This document shows positions 11,217 through 20,446 of a stretch of 64,000 nucleotides of DNA, in pieces; within the stretch, counting starts at the first letter, position 1, and each line of letters opens with the position of its first letter. The stretch spans positions 96,001 through 160,000 of the forward strand of contig CAVUHW010000022.1 of NCBI GenBank assembly GCA_963741205.1, given 5' to 3'. The translations under genes and the position numbers were made by a program. Source of the stretch: Nitrospirota bacterium (GTDB lineage: Bacteria > Nitrospirota > UBA9217). The notes below the pieces were generated by a model, which worked only from the letters and a program-made list of their open reading frames with translations, did not search any database and was not told where the DNA came from.

Positions 11217-11942
11217 ATGTCCCTTTTTTGTTTGCAGGCCAAAAGCATATCGGACGCATGGTTCCAGCTAATCTATAACATTTTTGATCACTCGTACACG
11301 CAGAAAATACAAAAAGGTTCCTTTGAAAAGGAGCAGTACCGGTTGCAGTATTCCGGTCTTGCCGTGTACATAGAGCATCCGTATGAAGATATAATCCCCG
11401 TTATTCCACCGGCGCTGGGCATTCCCTCGCCAACTACCCTGGAATATATCAACGACTATTTTGCAAATTATTTGATGGATCCTGTCTTGGCAGAGAATGA
11501 AACGTATAAATATGCGAGCAGGATTCAGCATCCTATGCCGAAAGGAGGGACGCAACTGGACCGGGCCATTGAGATGTTGAAGGAGACTCCTCTGACGAAT
11601 CAGGCCATCGTGGAGATCGGCTCCCCGGACGACCACGACGTTTGCATCGGCAATGATGGAAAGCTCGACCCTCCATGCCTGAGACTGCTGGATTTTAAAG
11701 CGGTCCCTCAGAATGACGAACTCGTGCTCTCAATCAGTTGTTATTTCCGCTCCTGGGATCTGTGGGCGGGTTTTCCGACGAATCTCGGAGGTTTGGAACT
11801 TCTTAAGAGTTATGTCGCATCTGAAACAGGCTTAAAGAACGGACCCATGTATGCGTACAGCGCGGGCGCCCACATTTACGGATATCAGGAAGAAATCGCG
11901 CGAATACGAACTTTGCGTCAAAAGGAATCACCGAAAAAGTAG
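11217..11942 (+). CDS. Short archaeal-type thymidylate synthase-like protein
   Basis: PPCLR catalytic Cys, YFRSWDLWAGFPTN and AHIY motifs; visibly more AT-rich than neighbouring genes. Confidence 0.8.
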   Translation: MSLFCLQAKSISDAWFQLIYNIFDHSYTQKIQKGSFEKEQYRLQYSGLAVYIEHPYEDIIPVIPPALGIPSPTTLEYINDYFANYLMDPVLAENETYKYASRIQHPMPKGGTQLDRAIEMLKETPLTNQAIVEIGSPDDHDVCIGNDGKLDPPCLRLLDFKAVPQNDELVLSISCYFRSWDLWAGFPTNLGGLELLKSYVASETGLKNGPMYAYSAGAHIYGYQEEIARIRTLRQKESPKK

Positions 11943-12021
11943 AAAAACAGGGAACACAATTGTTGTATCAATGAAATTTATAAGTTAATTAAAAAATATT
12001 GCCCATACCCGTTCATTTTTC

Positions 12022-12051
12022 TTGACTCACGAGATAAGTGCCCGATATAAT
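12022..12051 (+). promoter_or_regulatory. Sigma-70 promoter upstream of acsF/cooC2
   Basis: TTGACT-N18-TATAAT in an AT-rich spacer. Confidence 0.6.
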
Positions 12052-12223
12052 ATAATTCTTTTTATTATGCTTTTTTCTACCCTTTGACCGGCCTTATCAG
12101 GGCCGAGGGGCGGTTTAGGACCTGGGCAAGACCGCAGAGGCCAGAACAGAATACGGAATCAGGAAAAATCAAGTTCAAAGCTCAAAGTTCGAACGGCTTT
12201 GGCCTTGCTCTGTTAGAGGAAAC

Positions 12224-12994
12224 ATGGGTTTTACGATCGCAGTTGCCGGCAAGGGCGGTACGGGCAAGACCAGCCTGTGCGGCCTTACCATTCGATATTT
12301 GACAGAAAAGAAGAAGGGCGCCGTTCTCGCTGTCGACGCCGACGCGAACGCGAACCTGAACGACGTTCTGGGCATCAGGATCCATGCCACGGTAGGAAAA
12401 CTGCGGGAAACCTCCCTGGAGGCGATCAAGTCCACGGCCCCCCGTCCTGGCGGCATGAGCATGGAGCAGCTCTTCGACTACCAGATCCAGCACGCACTGG
12501 CGGAGTCTCGGGGCTTCGATCTCCTGACGATGGGCAGGCCCGAAGGCGCGGGTTGCTATTGCGCGGCGAACAACATCATTCGCAAGTACATGGACAAACT
12601 GGCCGACTCGTACCCCTTTACGGTCATGGACAACGAGGCCGGCCTGGAGCACCTGTCGCGCCGGACGACGCAGGACACGGACCTGCTCATGATCATCAGC
12701 GATTCGTCGGTGCGGGGGGTGATGACCGCCGGCAGGATCGGCGAACTCGTCAAGGAACTGAACCTGAATGTCAAGCGGTCGGTCCTGATCGTGAATCGCG
12801 TGCAGGACGGCACGAGCGAGGACCCTACGCTCCTCGCGACGATCGGCCGGCAGGGCGTCGAGTTCGCGGGATTTGTTCCCGCCGACGAATTGATCTTTGA
12901 TTACGATTTAAACGCCAAGCCTCTCGTCCAGCTTCCCGCTGATTCAAAGGCGCTGACGGCGTTTTACCGCATCCTGGACAAACTGATTCCGTGA
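12224..12994 (+). CDS. acsF: Second CooC-family ATPase (AcsF/CooC2)
   Basis: GKGGTGKT, GRPEGAGCYCAAN and DNEAGLEHLSRRT motifs; lies upstream of the acs genes. Confidence 0.85.
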   Translation: MGFTIAVAGKGGTGKTSLCGLTIRYLTEKKKGAVLAVDADANANLNDVLGIRIHATVGKLRETSLEAIKSTAPRPGGMSMEQLFDYQIQHALAESRGFDLLTMGRPEGAGCYCAANNIIRKYMDKLADSYPFTVMDNEAGLEHLSRRTTQDTDLLMIISDSSVRGVMTAGRIGELVKELNLNVKRSVLIVNRVQDGTSEDPTLLATIGRQGVEFAGFVPADELIFDYDLNAKPLVQLPADSKALTAFYRILDKLIP

Positions 12995-13068
12995 AGGTAG
13001 CCGCACCCTTGAGGGCGCGCTTCAGTAACGCCCCGCAAACGCGGGATGTCTGCCATATCGGTCATACC

Positions 13069-13959
13069 ATGACGAAAAAAGCGGTCGCCATCATAGGCGC
13101 CGGCAGCGTCGGCAGTTCAGTGGGCTGTCTGCTGTCCAGGGCGGGATACCGCATCACTTCCGTGGTGACGCGTTCGATAGCTTCGGCGTCGATAGCCGCG
13201 GGATTCATCGGCGCGGGGGAGCCGACGACGAATGTGAAGACTGCGGTTTCCGGCGCGGAAATCGTGTTTATCACGACGCCTGATCGGGCGATAAAGGAAG
13301 TTTGCCAGGCGGTTGCGCAGAGCGGCGGCCTCGCGTCCGGGACCGTGGTGGTCCACATGTCCGGCGCCCATACGCTTGATCTCCTTGACGCGGCGAGAGC
13401 AGTCGGCGCGTCCCGCGCCGTCCTGCATCCACTGCAGTCGGTGCCGAGCAGGCAGCAAGGGCTGCAAAACCTGCCCGGCTCATCATTCCGTGTCGAAGCG
13501 GATCCGGAAGCGGAAGGGGTTGCGAAAGAGCTTGTCACGGCTCTCGGCGGCCATGAACTGAAGATGTCTAAGTGGCGCTCGGACCGCAATTCCGCAGCAT
13601 TGTACCATGCGGGGGCTGTCGCGGTTTCCAACTACTTTGTGGCGGTGGTCGCGTTCGGACTCGAGTTTTATGAAGCACTCGGTGCAGACCGCCGCGAGGC
13701 GCTCAAAGCGGTGCTCCCGCTCATCAGGGGAACACTCGATAATATTGAGTCAATCGGCGTTCCCCGGGCGCTGACCGGTCCGATCGACCGGGGAGACATC
13801 GAGACGATTCGCGAACACCTGGATGCCATGCGTCAGCGGGCGCCCGAACTTTTACCTCTGTACCGAGCCCTGGCCAGGCAGACCGTTGCCGTCGCCAGAG
13901 ACAAGGGCGGCATCACCAAGGCCACGGCAGAGAAAATCCTGGAGTTGGTGCAGGATTGA
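13069..13959 (+). CDS. Rossmann-like/DUF2520 protein, probable PanG-type ketopantoate reductase
   Basis: GAGSVG, HMSGA, HPLQS, LYHAGAVAVSN and LTGPIDRGD motifs; panB nearby. Confidence 0.82.
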   Translation: MTKKAVAIIGAGSVGSSVGCLLSRAGYRITSVVTRSIASASIAAGFIGAGEPTTNVKTAVSGAEIVFITTPDRAIKEVCQAVAQSGGLASGTVVVHMSGAHTLDLLDAARAVGASRAVLHPLQSVPSRQQGLQNLPGSSFRVEADPEAEGVAKELVTALGGHELKMSKWRSDRNSAALYHAGAVAVSNYFVAVVAFGLEFYEALGADRREALKAVLPLIRGTLDNIESIGVPRALTGPIDRGDIETIREHLDAMRQRAPELLPLYRALARQTVAVARDKGGITKATAEKILELVQD

Positions 13960-14096
13960 TTTTACATCCGGAATTACGATTCCGGACCTGACCGACGGCA
14001 CGGAACGGCAATGACGGTCCGGCCCTGTATTTGAGCAGTCGGCCCTGTCAGACATTCAGTTTACCTTGATGCATGCGAAAGGAGATGGATTGAACT

Positions 14097-14885
14097 ATGA
14101 TTATCATCGGAGAAAAAATCAGTGTTATCGCAAAGAAGGTGCGCGAGGCCCTTACAAAGTTTGACCCGAAGCCTCTCCAGGAACTTGCTGTGGCACAGGA
14201 CAAGGCCGGGGCTCATTTTATTGACATTTCCATCGGCCCCGCCGAAGATAACGGTCCCAAGCTTATGGATTGGGCGGTGAGAGTCCTGCAGGAAGTCGTG
14301 CAGAAGCCCCTCTGCCTTGACACGACGAATATCAAGGCCATGGAAGCAGGGCTCAAGGCGCACAACAACGCGTGGGGCGTGCCGATCATCAACTCCACGT
14401 CCAATGAGCCGGAGCGTTTTCCCATGATGGAGCTTGCCGGCAAGTACAACGCAAAGATCATCGCGCTTACCCTGGGCAAGGGCAGCATCCCGGCAGATGC
14501 CGAGGACCGCTGTGGAATTGCAGCCGAAATCATGGCCCGCGCCATGGAGCACGGCGTGCCCCTGGAGAACCTCTTCCTTGATCCGCTCATCCTCCAGCTC
14601 GCAACCATGCAGGACCAGGGTCTTCAGGCCATCCGTGCGGTCAAAATGTTCCAGCAGCTGAACGATCCCCCGATGCAGACCGTGGTCGGCCTTTCGAATA
14701 TTTCAAACGGCGCGCCCAAGCATGTTCGTCCGATCATCAACCGGAACTTTCTCACCATGCTGATCTATGAGGGGCTGACGGCCGCCATCATCGATCCGCT
14801 CGACAAGGATATGATGGACACCGTCAAAACCACAGAGATGATCATGGGTAAGACGATGTACGCACATTCGTATCTGGATATGTAA
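14097..14885 (+). CDS. acsE: Methyl-THF:corrinoid/Fe-S protein methyltransferase
   Basis: IIGEKI, LCLDTTN, IINS, FLDPL and VGLSNISNG pterin-binding motifs; acs context. Confidence 0.9.
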   Translation: MIIIGEKISVIAKKVREALTKFDPKPLQELAVAQDKAGAHFIDISIGPAEDNGPKLMDWAVRVLQEVVQKPLCLDTTNIKAMEAGLKAHNNAWGVPIINSTSNEPERFPMMELAGKYNAKIIALTLGKGSIPADAEDRCGIAAEIMARAMEHGVPLENLFLDPLILQLATMQDQGLQAIRAVKMFQQLNDPPMQTVVGLSNISNGAPKHVRPIINRNFLTMLIYEGLTAAIIDPLDKDMMDTVKTTEMIMGKTMYAHSYLDM

Positions 14886-14985
14886 TATATTTTAGCGTTT
14901 CCGGTTCGGTATGAATATAGACTTCCCTGCAACTATAGTATGGGCTTTAGTAGATATAAAATGTAGCAAAAATTGAATTTATTTC

Positions 14986-15024
14986 TTGCCCCAAACACTA
15001 GATTTTGTTACTATACGTAACAAA
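14986..15024 (+). promoter_or_regulatory. Promoter for acsDCB with an overlapping palindromic operator
   Basis: TTGCCC-N17-TACTAT; TTTGTTAC-tatac-GTAACAAA (15004-15024) covers the -10. Confidence 0.5.
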
Positions 15025-15042
15025 TTTTTGAGGAGGCTTTTC

Positions 15043-15984
15043 ATGGCACTCACCATACCGAAAGAATCATACAGCGGCAAGATCTACAGCGTAACGATCG
15101 GCAGCGGCGCAAAGGCAGTGACCATCGGCGGGGCGAGCGCCCTTCCCTTTCTCGGCTTCGAGGGCACGTTTCCAAACAAGCCGGCCGTGGCGCTTGAAAT
15201 CATGGACATCACTCCCGATGACTGGCCCGAGACCCTGAGAAAAGCCATCGGCGGCGCATCGGCCAGCCCGGTCGCATGGGCAAAATTCTGCCAGCAGAGC
15301 GGTGCCGACATGGTGGCGCTCCGCCTCATGGGAACGCACCCCGACCAGAAGAACAGGAGCGCCGAAGAAGGCGCCAAAACAGCGGCTGAGGTCGCGGCGG
15401 CGATAGACATCCCGCTCCTCATCCTCGGCTGCGGGCAGGCGGAAAAGGACACGCAGGTGCTCCAGGCGGCCGCCGCAGCGACGCGCGGAAAGAACTGCGC
15501 AATCGGCAAGGCCGTCGAGGAAAACTATAAGACCGTGGCCGCAGCCGCGATGGCGAACGATCACAAGTTGATCGCCATGAGCCAGCTCGACGTGAACCTG
15601 GCCAAGCAGCTCAACATCCTGCTCACCCAGATGGGATTCGACAAAGAGCGGATCATTATGGACCCCATGTCTTCGGCCCTCGGTTACGGGCTTGAATATA
15701 CCTACAGCGTGATGGAGCGCATCCGCCTGGCCGCGCTCCTGCAGAACGATCCCATGATGCAGACCCCGATCATCTGCGACATCGGCGCGAACGTCTGGAA
15801 GGTCAAGGAGACGATGGCGCTGGAGGCCGAATTGCCGGAGTGGGGCGGCCTCGAAGACCGCGCCCTGGCCTGGGAGGCGGTGACCGCCTCGGCGATGGTG
15901 ACCGCCGGAGCCGATATGCTGATCATGCGGCACCCCGGCGCCGCGGCAAAGGCAAAGGAAGTCATCGCCGAATTGATGGGGTAG
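15043..15984 (+). CDS. acsD: Corrinoid Fe-S protein small (delta) subunit
   Basis: DVNLAKQLN, ALGYGLEYTYSVMERIRLAAL and LIMRHP motifs. Confidence 0.95.
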   Translation: MALTIPKESYSGKIYSVTIGSGAKAVTIGGASALPFLGFEGTFPNKPAVALEIMDITPDDWPETLRKAIGGASASPVAWAKFCQQSGADMVALRLMGTHPDQKNRSAEEGAKTAAEVAAAIDIPLLILGCGQAEKDTQVLQAAAAATRGKNCAIGKAVEENYKTVAAAAMANDHKLIAMSQLDVNLAKQLNILLTQMGFDKERIIMDPMSSALGYGLEYTYSVMERIRLAALLQNDPMMQTPIICDIGANVWKVKETMALEAELPEWGGLEDRALAWEAVTASAMVTAGADMLIMRHPGAAAKAKEVIAELMG

Positions 15985-16002
15985 CACCGCGCGGAGCGCG
16001 GA

Positions 16003-16092
16003 TTGAAAATTGAAAAACGAAAACTGAAAATTGGAAAATGCCGTGCATGACAATTTGAAATCTAAAATTTCCAATCTTCAATTTCCAATTCT
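16003..16092. repeat. 7-bp-periodic inverted intergenic repeat
   Basis: (ttgaaaa)-like units facing (tttccaa/cttcaat)-like units between acsD and acsC. Confidence 0.65.
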
Positions 16093-16120
16093 TTAAAGGT
16101 CTTTCCGAAAGGAGTTACTA

Positions 16121-17464
16121 ATGGCACTCTCCGGCGTTGAAATATTCAAACATCTTCCGAAAACCAACTGCAAGAAGTGCGGTCACCCGACCTGCCTCGC
16201 CTTTGCCATGAAGCTGGCCGCCAAGCAGGCGAGCCTCGATGCCTGTCCGGACGCGTCCGATGACGCAAAGAAGATCCTGGGCGAGTCCGCCGCCCCGCCG
16301 ATCCGTGGCATCACGCTGGGCACCGGCGCCAAGGCCGTGAAGGTGGGCGACGAGATCTGCATGTTCCGCCACGAAAAGAAATTTTTCAACCCGAACGCGT
16401 TCGCCGTTGCAATCAAGGCCTCCGAGGCCGGCGACGCCGCCGCCAGGAAGATCGAGGCGGTCAAGACCTCCGAGATAGACCGGGTCGGCCAGAAGCTCCG
16501 CGTCGACGCCATAGCGGTGACCGATGAGGGGGGCGACGCGGCGAAGTTCGCCTCCGTCGTGAAGCAGGTCGTGGACGGTGCGCCGGGCGTGCCTGTCATC
16601 CTCGTCAGCAAGAATCCCGCTACCATCGAGGCCGGGATCGCGCACTGCGCCGACAAGAAACCGCTCATCTATGCTGCGACCGCCGAGAACGCCGAGGCCA
16701 TGGCGAAGATCGCGAAGGAGAAGAAGGCCTCTCTCGCCGTCGCTGCCGACGGGCTCGACGCGCTTACGGCGCTCTCCGAAAAGGTGAAAGGCATGGGCGT
16801 GGACGACCTCGTCCTCGATTCCGGCGCGCGCAAGGCCAAGGACATGATCGAGCATTACACGATCATCCGCCGCGCCGCCATCAAGAAGAACTTCAAGCCC
16901 CTGGGCTACCCGATCATCAGTTTCGCGGGGCGCGAGGATTCCGTTGCCGAGGCCATGGCCGCCGCCATCGGTACGATGAAATACGCGTCCATCATCATCG
17001 TGAACAACGTGGAGAAGTGGAAGATGCTCGCGCTCCTGTCGCTCAGGCAGAACATCTATACCGACCCGCAGGTGCCGATGCAGGTCGCGCAGAACGTCTA
17101 CAAGGTGGGCGAGGCCAAGGAAAACTCGCCGCTGCTCATCACCACGAACTTCTCGCTCTCCTACTTCATCGTGCGCGGCGAGGTGGAGAACAGCAAGGTG
17201 CCGTCGTGGCTCGCGGTCATGGACAACGAGGGCCTTTCGGTCCTGACGGCGTGGGCCGCCGGAAAGTTCACGGCGAGCAAGATCGCCCAGTTCATCACCG
17301 AGAGCGGCGTGGACAAGAACGTGAACCACAAGGAGCTCATCATCCCCGGCTACGTCGCCGTGCTGTCCGGCGCGCTGGAAGAGAAGCTCCCGGGCTGGAA
17401 GATCACCGTCGGCCCGCGCGAAGCGAACCGGCTCCCGACCTTTTTAAAGGCGAGAGCGCAGTAG
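16121..17464 (+). CDS. acsC: Corrinoid Fe-S protein large (gamma) subunit
   Basis: LPKTNCKKCGHPTCLAFA..CP, RQNIYTDPQ, TTNFSLSYF and GLSVLTAWAAGKF motifs. Confidence 0.96.
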   Translation: MALSGVEIFKHLPKTNCKKCGHPTCLAFAMKLAAKQASLDACPDASDDAKKILGESAAPPIRGITLGTGAKAVKVGDEICMFRHEKKFFNPNAFAVAIKASEAGDAAARKIEAVKTSEIDRVGQKLRVDAIAVTDEGGDAAKFASVVKQVVDGAPGVPVILVSKNPATIEAGIAHCADKKPLIYAATAENAEAMAKIAKEKKASLAVAADGLDALTALSEKVKGMGVDDLVLDSGARKAKDMIEHYTIIRRAAIKKNFKPLGYPIISFAGREDSVAEAMAAAIGTMKYASIIIVNNVEKWKMLALLSLRQNIYTDPQVPMQVAQNVYKVGEAKENSPLLITTNFSLSYFIVRGEVENSKVPSWLAVMDNEGLSVLTAWAAGKFTASKIAQFITESGVDKNVNHKELIIPGYVAVLSGALEEKLPGWKITVGPREANRLPTFLKARAQ

Positions 17465-17596
17465 TGATGGAAATTGGAATTTTTCTACCCGGAATACGAA
17501 GCAAATTCAAATATCCGATACTCTGATTGATGGTTCGATATTCTCCTTGATCGAGGATTTCGAAATTAGAGCTCAGGATTTATAAAGGAGCAAACA

Positions 17597-19804
17597 ATGT
17601 CGAAACTTATTGCCAGCGGGGCCATTCTGGGCTCCCACTACTACGTCAAGCAGGCCGAGGCCCTCGTCGAGAAGGCCATTTCAGAGAAGGGCGCGGATTT
17701 CAAGTTCGAGTTTCCCGATACAGGCATACTTTCTGCCGCAACTGTTCGCCATGACGGGCTTTGAGGTCCGGACCCTGGGCGACATGAAGACCGCCCTCGG
17801 GCAGCAGGTGAAGCCGCTCCTCACCGAGGCGCCGGAAGATCACCTCTACAAGCCCTACCTGGGCGAGGCCCTCGACGCCGGCATGGCGGCCCTGTTCGCC
17901 CAGGAAATGATCATGGCCATTCGCTACATTTACGGCCAGGAGCCGGTCAAGGACGATTCCATCGGACTGACCTACAACGGCTTCATCTCCGACACGATCC
18001 TCCGGAACCTGGGCGTGCAGCTCGTGGACGGCTCCATGCCGGGATACGTCTGCATCATCGGCGCGGCGAACAACGATGACCAGGCCTTCGAGATCGCCCG
18101 TGAACTCCAGCAGAAGAACATCCTTACCCTCATGTGCGGCAACGTCAACGGCGACAGCATGACCAAGCAGCTGCTCCGCAAGGGCGTCCAGCTCGGCTGG
18201 GACACCCGCCTCGTTCCCCTCGGACCGGAAGTGGAGCACGCTATCTATGCCCTGAACTGGGCGGCCCGCGCGGGAATCACCTTCGGCGGCATGAAGGGCG
18301 GGGACTTCAAGAGGATCCTGAAATACTCCAAGGACAAGGTGTTCGCCTTCGCCATGGTGCTGGGCCCGCTCAACGACCGCATCTGGACAACGGGCGCGGG
18401 CGCGATCAACATGGGTTTCCCGGCGATCGCGAACACGGACATCCCGACCATCCATCCCACCGGCGTCACGATCTACGAAGAAGTGGCCAAGGAGCTCGAC
18501 CCGAAGAAGATCGTCGAGAAGTGCATCGAGGTGCGCGGCCTCAAGATCACGGTCTCGAAGCCGCCGATCCCCGTGGCCTTCGGCCCGGCCTTCGAAGGCG
18601 AGCGCATCCGCAAGGAGGACATGCACATCGAGTTCGGCGGCCAGCGAACGCCGGCCTTCGAGTGGCTCCACACCGCGGACCTGGACAAGGTCGAAGACGG
18701 CAAGGTCACGATCGTCGGCACCGACGCCGAGGCCCGGTACCAGAAGGGCGGCCAGATGCCCCTGGGCATCGCTGATCGAGGTTGCCGGCCGCAAGATGCA
18801 GAAGGACTTCGAGCCGGTGCTCGAGCGCAAGATCCACCACTTCGTCAACGAAGCGCAGGGCATCTGGCACATGGGCCAGCGCGACCAGAACTGGCTCCGC
18901 GTCAGCATCAAGGCGCGCTCAAGGAAGGGTTCGTGCTGCGGCACTTCGGCGACATCCTCACGACCCAGCTCAAGCACAAGTTCAACAATATCGTGGACAA
19001 GGTCCAGGTGACCCTCTACGTGGACGACGCCGACGTGAAGGCGAAGCTCGAGGAAGCCCGCAAAGGCCTATCTCGAGCGCGATGTCCGGCTGGCGACCAT
19101 GACCGACGAGTCCGTGGACACGTTCTACTCCTGCATCCTCTGCCAGAGCTTCGCCCCGAACCATGTATGCGTGGTCTCGCCGGAACGCCTCGGTCTCTGC
19201 GGCGCCTACAACTGGCTGGATGCCAAGGCGGCCTTCGAGATAGACCCGAACGGCGCGAACCAGCCGGTCCTGAAGGGCGAGACCCTGGACGCGGTCAAGG
19301 GGCGCTGGACAGGCGTGGACGAATATGTGTACAAGAACTCGCACCAGGCGCTCGAATACTTCAACGCCTACAGCATCATGGACGCGCCCATGACCTCCTG
19401 CGGCTGCTTCGAGTGCATCGTGGCCATCGTGCCCGAGGCGAACGGCGTGATGATCGTGAACCGCGGCTACACGGGCATGACGCCGATCGGCATGAAGTTC
19501 TCGACCCTCGCCGGCACCGTGGGCGGCGGCGCGCAGACGCCCGGGCTTCATGGGCATCGGACGGTACTTCCTGACCAGCAAAAAGTTCCTCTCGGCGGAC
19601 GGCGGGTTCAAGCGCATCGTCTGGATGACCAAGAACCTGAAGGAATCCTTTGCCGAGCAGTTCAAGCAGCGCGGCGAGGAGGAAGGCGTCCCGGACCTGC
19701 TCGACAAGATCGCGGACGAGACAGTGGCGGAAGATGCCGAGAAGCTGGTGGCGTTCCTCACGGAAAAGGGCCATCCGGCGCTCACCATGGACCCGATGTT
19801 CTAA
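17597..19804 (+). CDS. acsB: Acetyl-CoA synthase, bacterial-type AcsB; split by several indels
   Basis: FGPAFEGERIRK, FYSCILCQSFAPNHVC, RLGLCGAYNWLD and PMTSCGCFEC A-cluster motifs; ATG 17597 with AAGGAG RBS. Confidence 0.95.
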
Positions 19805-19828
19805 AACCCGAAAACTGGTAGCGTAACG

Positions 19829-19850
19829 ATGCGCCCCTTCGGGGGCGCAT
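19829..19850 (+). terminator. Stem-loop after acsB
   Basis: atgcgcccc-ttcg-ggggcgcat perfect hairpin with a weak U-tail. Confidence 0.5.
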
Positions 19851-19975
19851 AACTTCCCGAAGGCCGGAAATGTGCTGGTAGTTGCTTGCACCACGACCAC
19901 GATGGGGAAAGGCTCAGACTTGGCTGCCGGAATTCATAGAAGGCGGCCATTTTTGTCTCAAGAGGATTTATAACT

Positions 19976-20446
19976 ATGGAAGAAAAACTCGAGGGAATAT
20001 ATGCCCGATACCGGGAAAATGAAGGGAACCTGATCTCGATCCTCCAGGATATCGAGAGCGAGTTCGGGTATCTGCGCGAGGAAGCGATCGACTGGTTCTC
20101 GGAGCGGCTCGATGTCCCGCCGGCGAGGTTCTACGGGGTGGCCACATTCTACGCCCAGTTCCACCTCAAGCCCCGGGGGAAAAACATCATCACCGCCTGC
20201 TGCGGTACCGCGTGCCACGTCAAGGGCTCCGAGCGGCTCATCAACAGCCTGACAAGGGAACTGGCCATCCCTTCGGGCGAGGACACGTCCGAAGACCTCA
20301 AGTTCACCGTGGAAAAAGTGAACTGTGTCGGCGCCTGCAGCATCGCGCCGGTCATCATCGTGAACAAGGCGGTGCACGGCAAGATGTCTCCGGACAAGCT
20401 CATGAAGGAAATCAAGGTCCTCAAGGCTAGTGAGGCGGGGAAATAG
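19976..20446 (+). CDS. NuoE/HydC-like [2Fe-2S] subunit
   Basis: GVATFYAQF, CCGTACHVKG and NCVGACSIAP motifs. Confidence 0.92.
   Translation: MEEKLEGIYARYRENEGNLISILQDIESEFGYLREEAIDWFSERLDVPPARFYGVATFYAQFHLKPRGKNIITACCGTACHVKGSERLINSLTRELAIPSGEDTSEDLKFTVEKVNCVGACSIAPVIIVNKAVHGKMSPDKLMKEIKVLKASEAGK

Noticed and set aside
12058-12223. Riboswitch (THF, ZTP, NiCo or SAM) in the acsF leader
   Set aside because: Two small hairpins are present but I could not match any known consensus
19851-19975. Moco/Wco riboswitch before the FDH genes
   Set aside because: Characteristic conserved elements not recognisable
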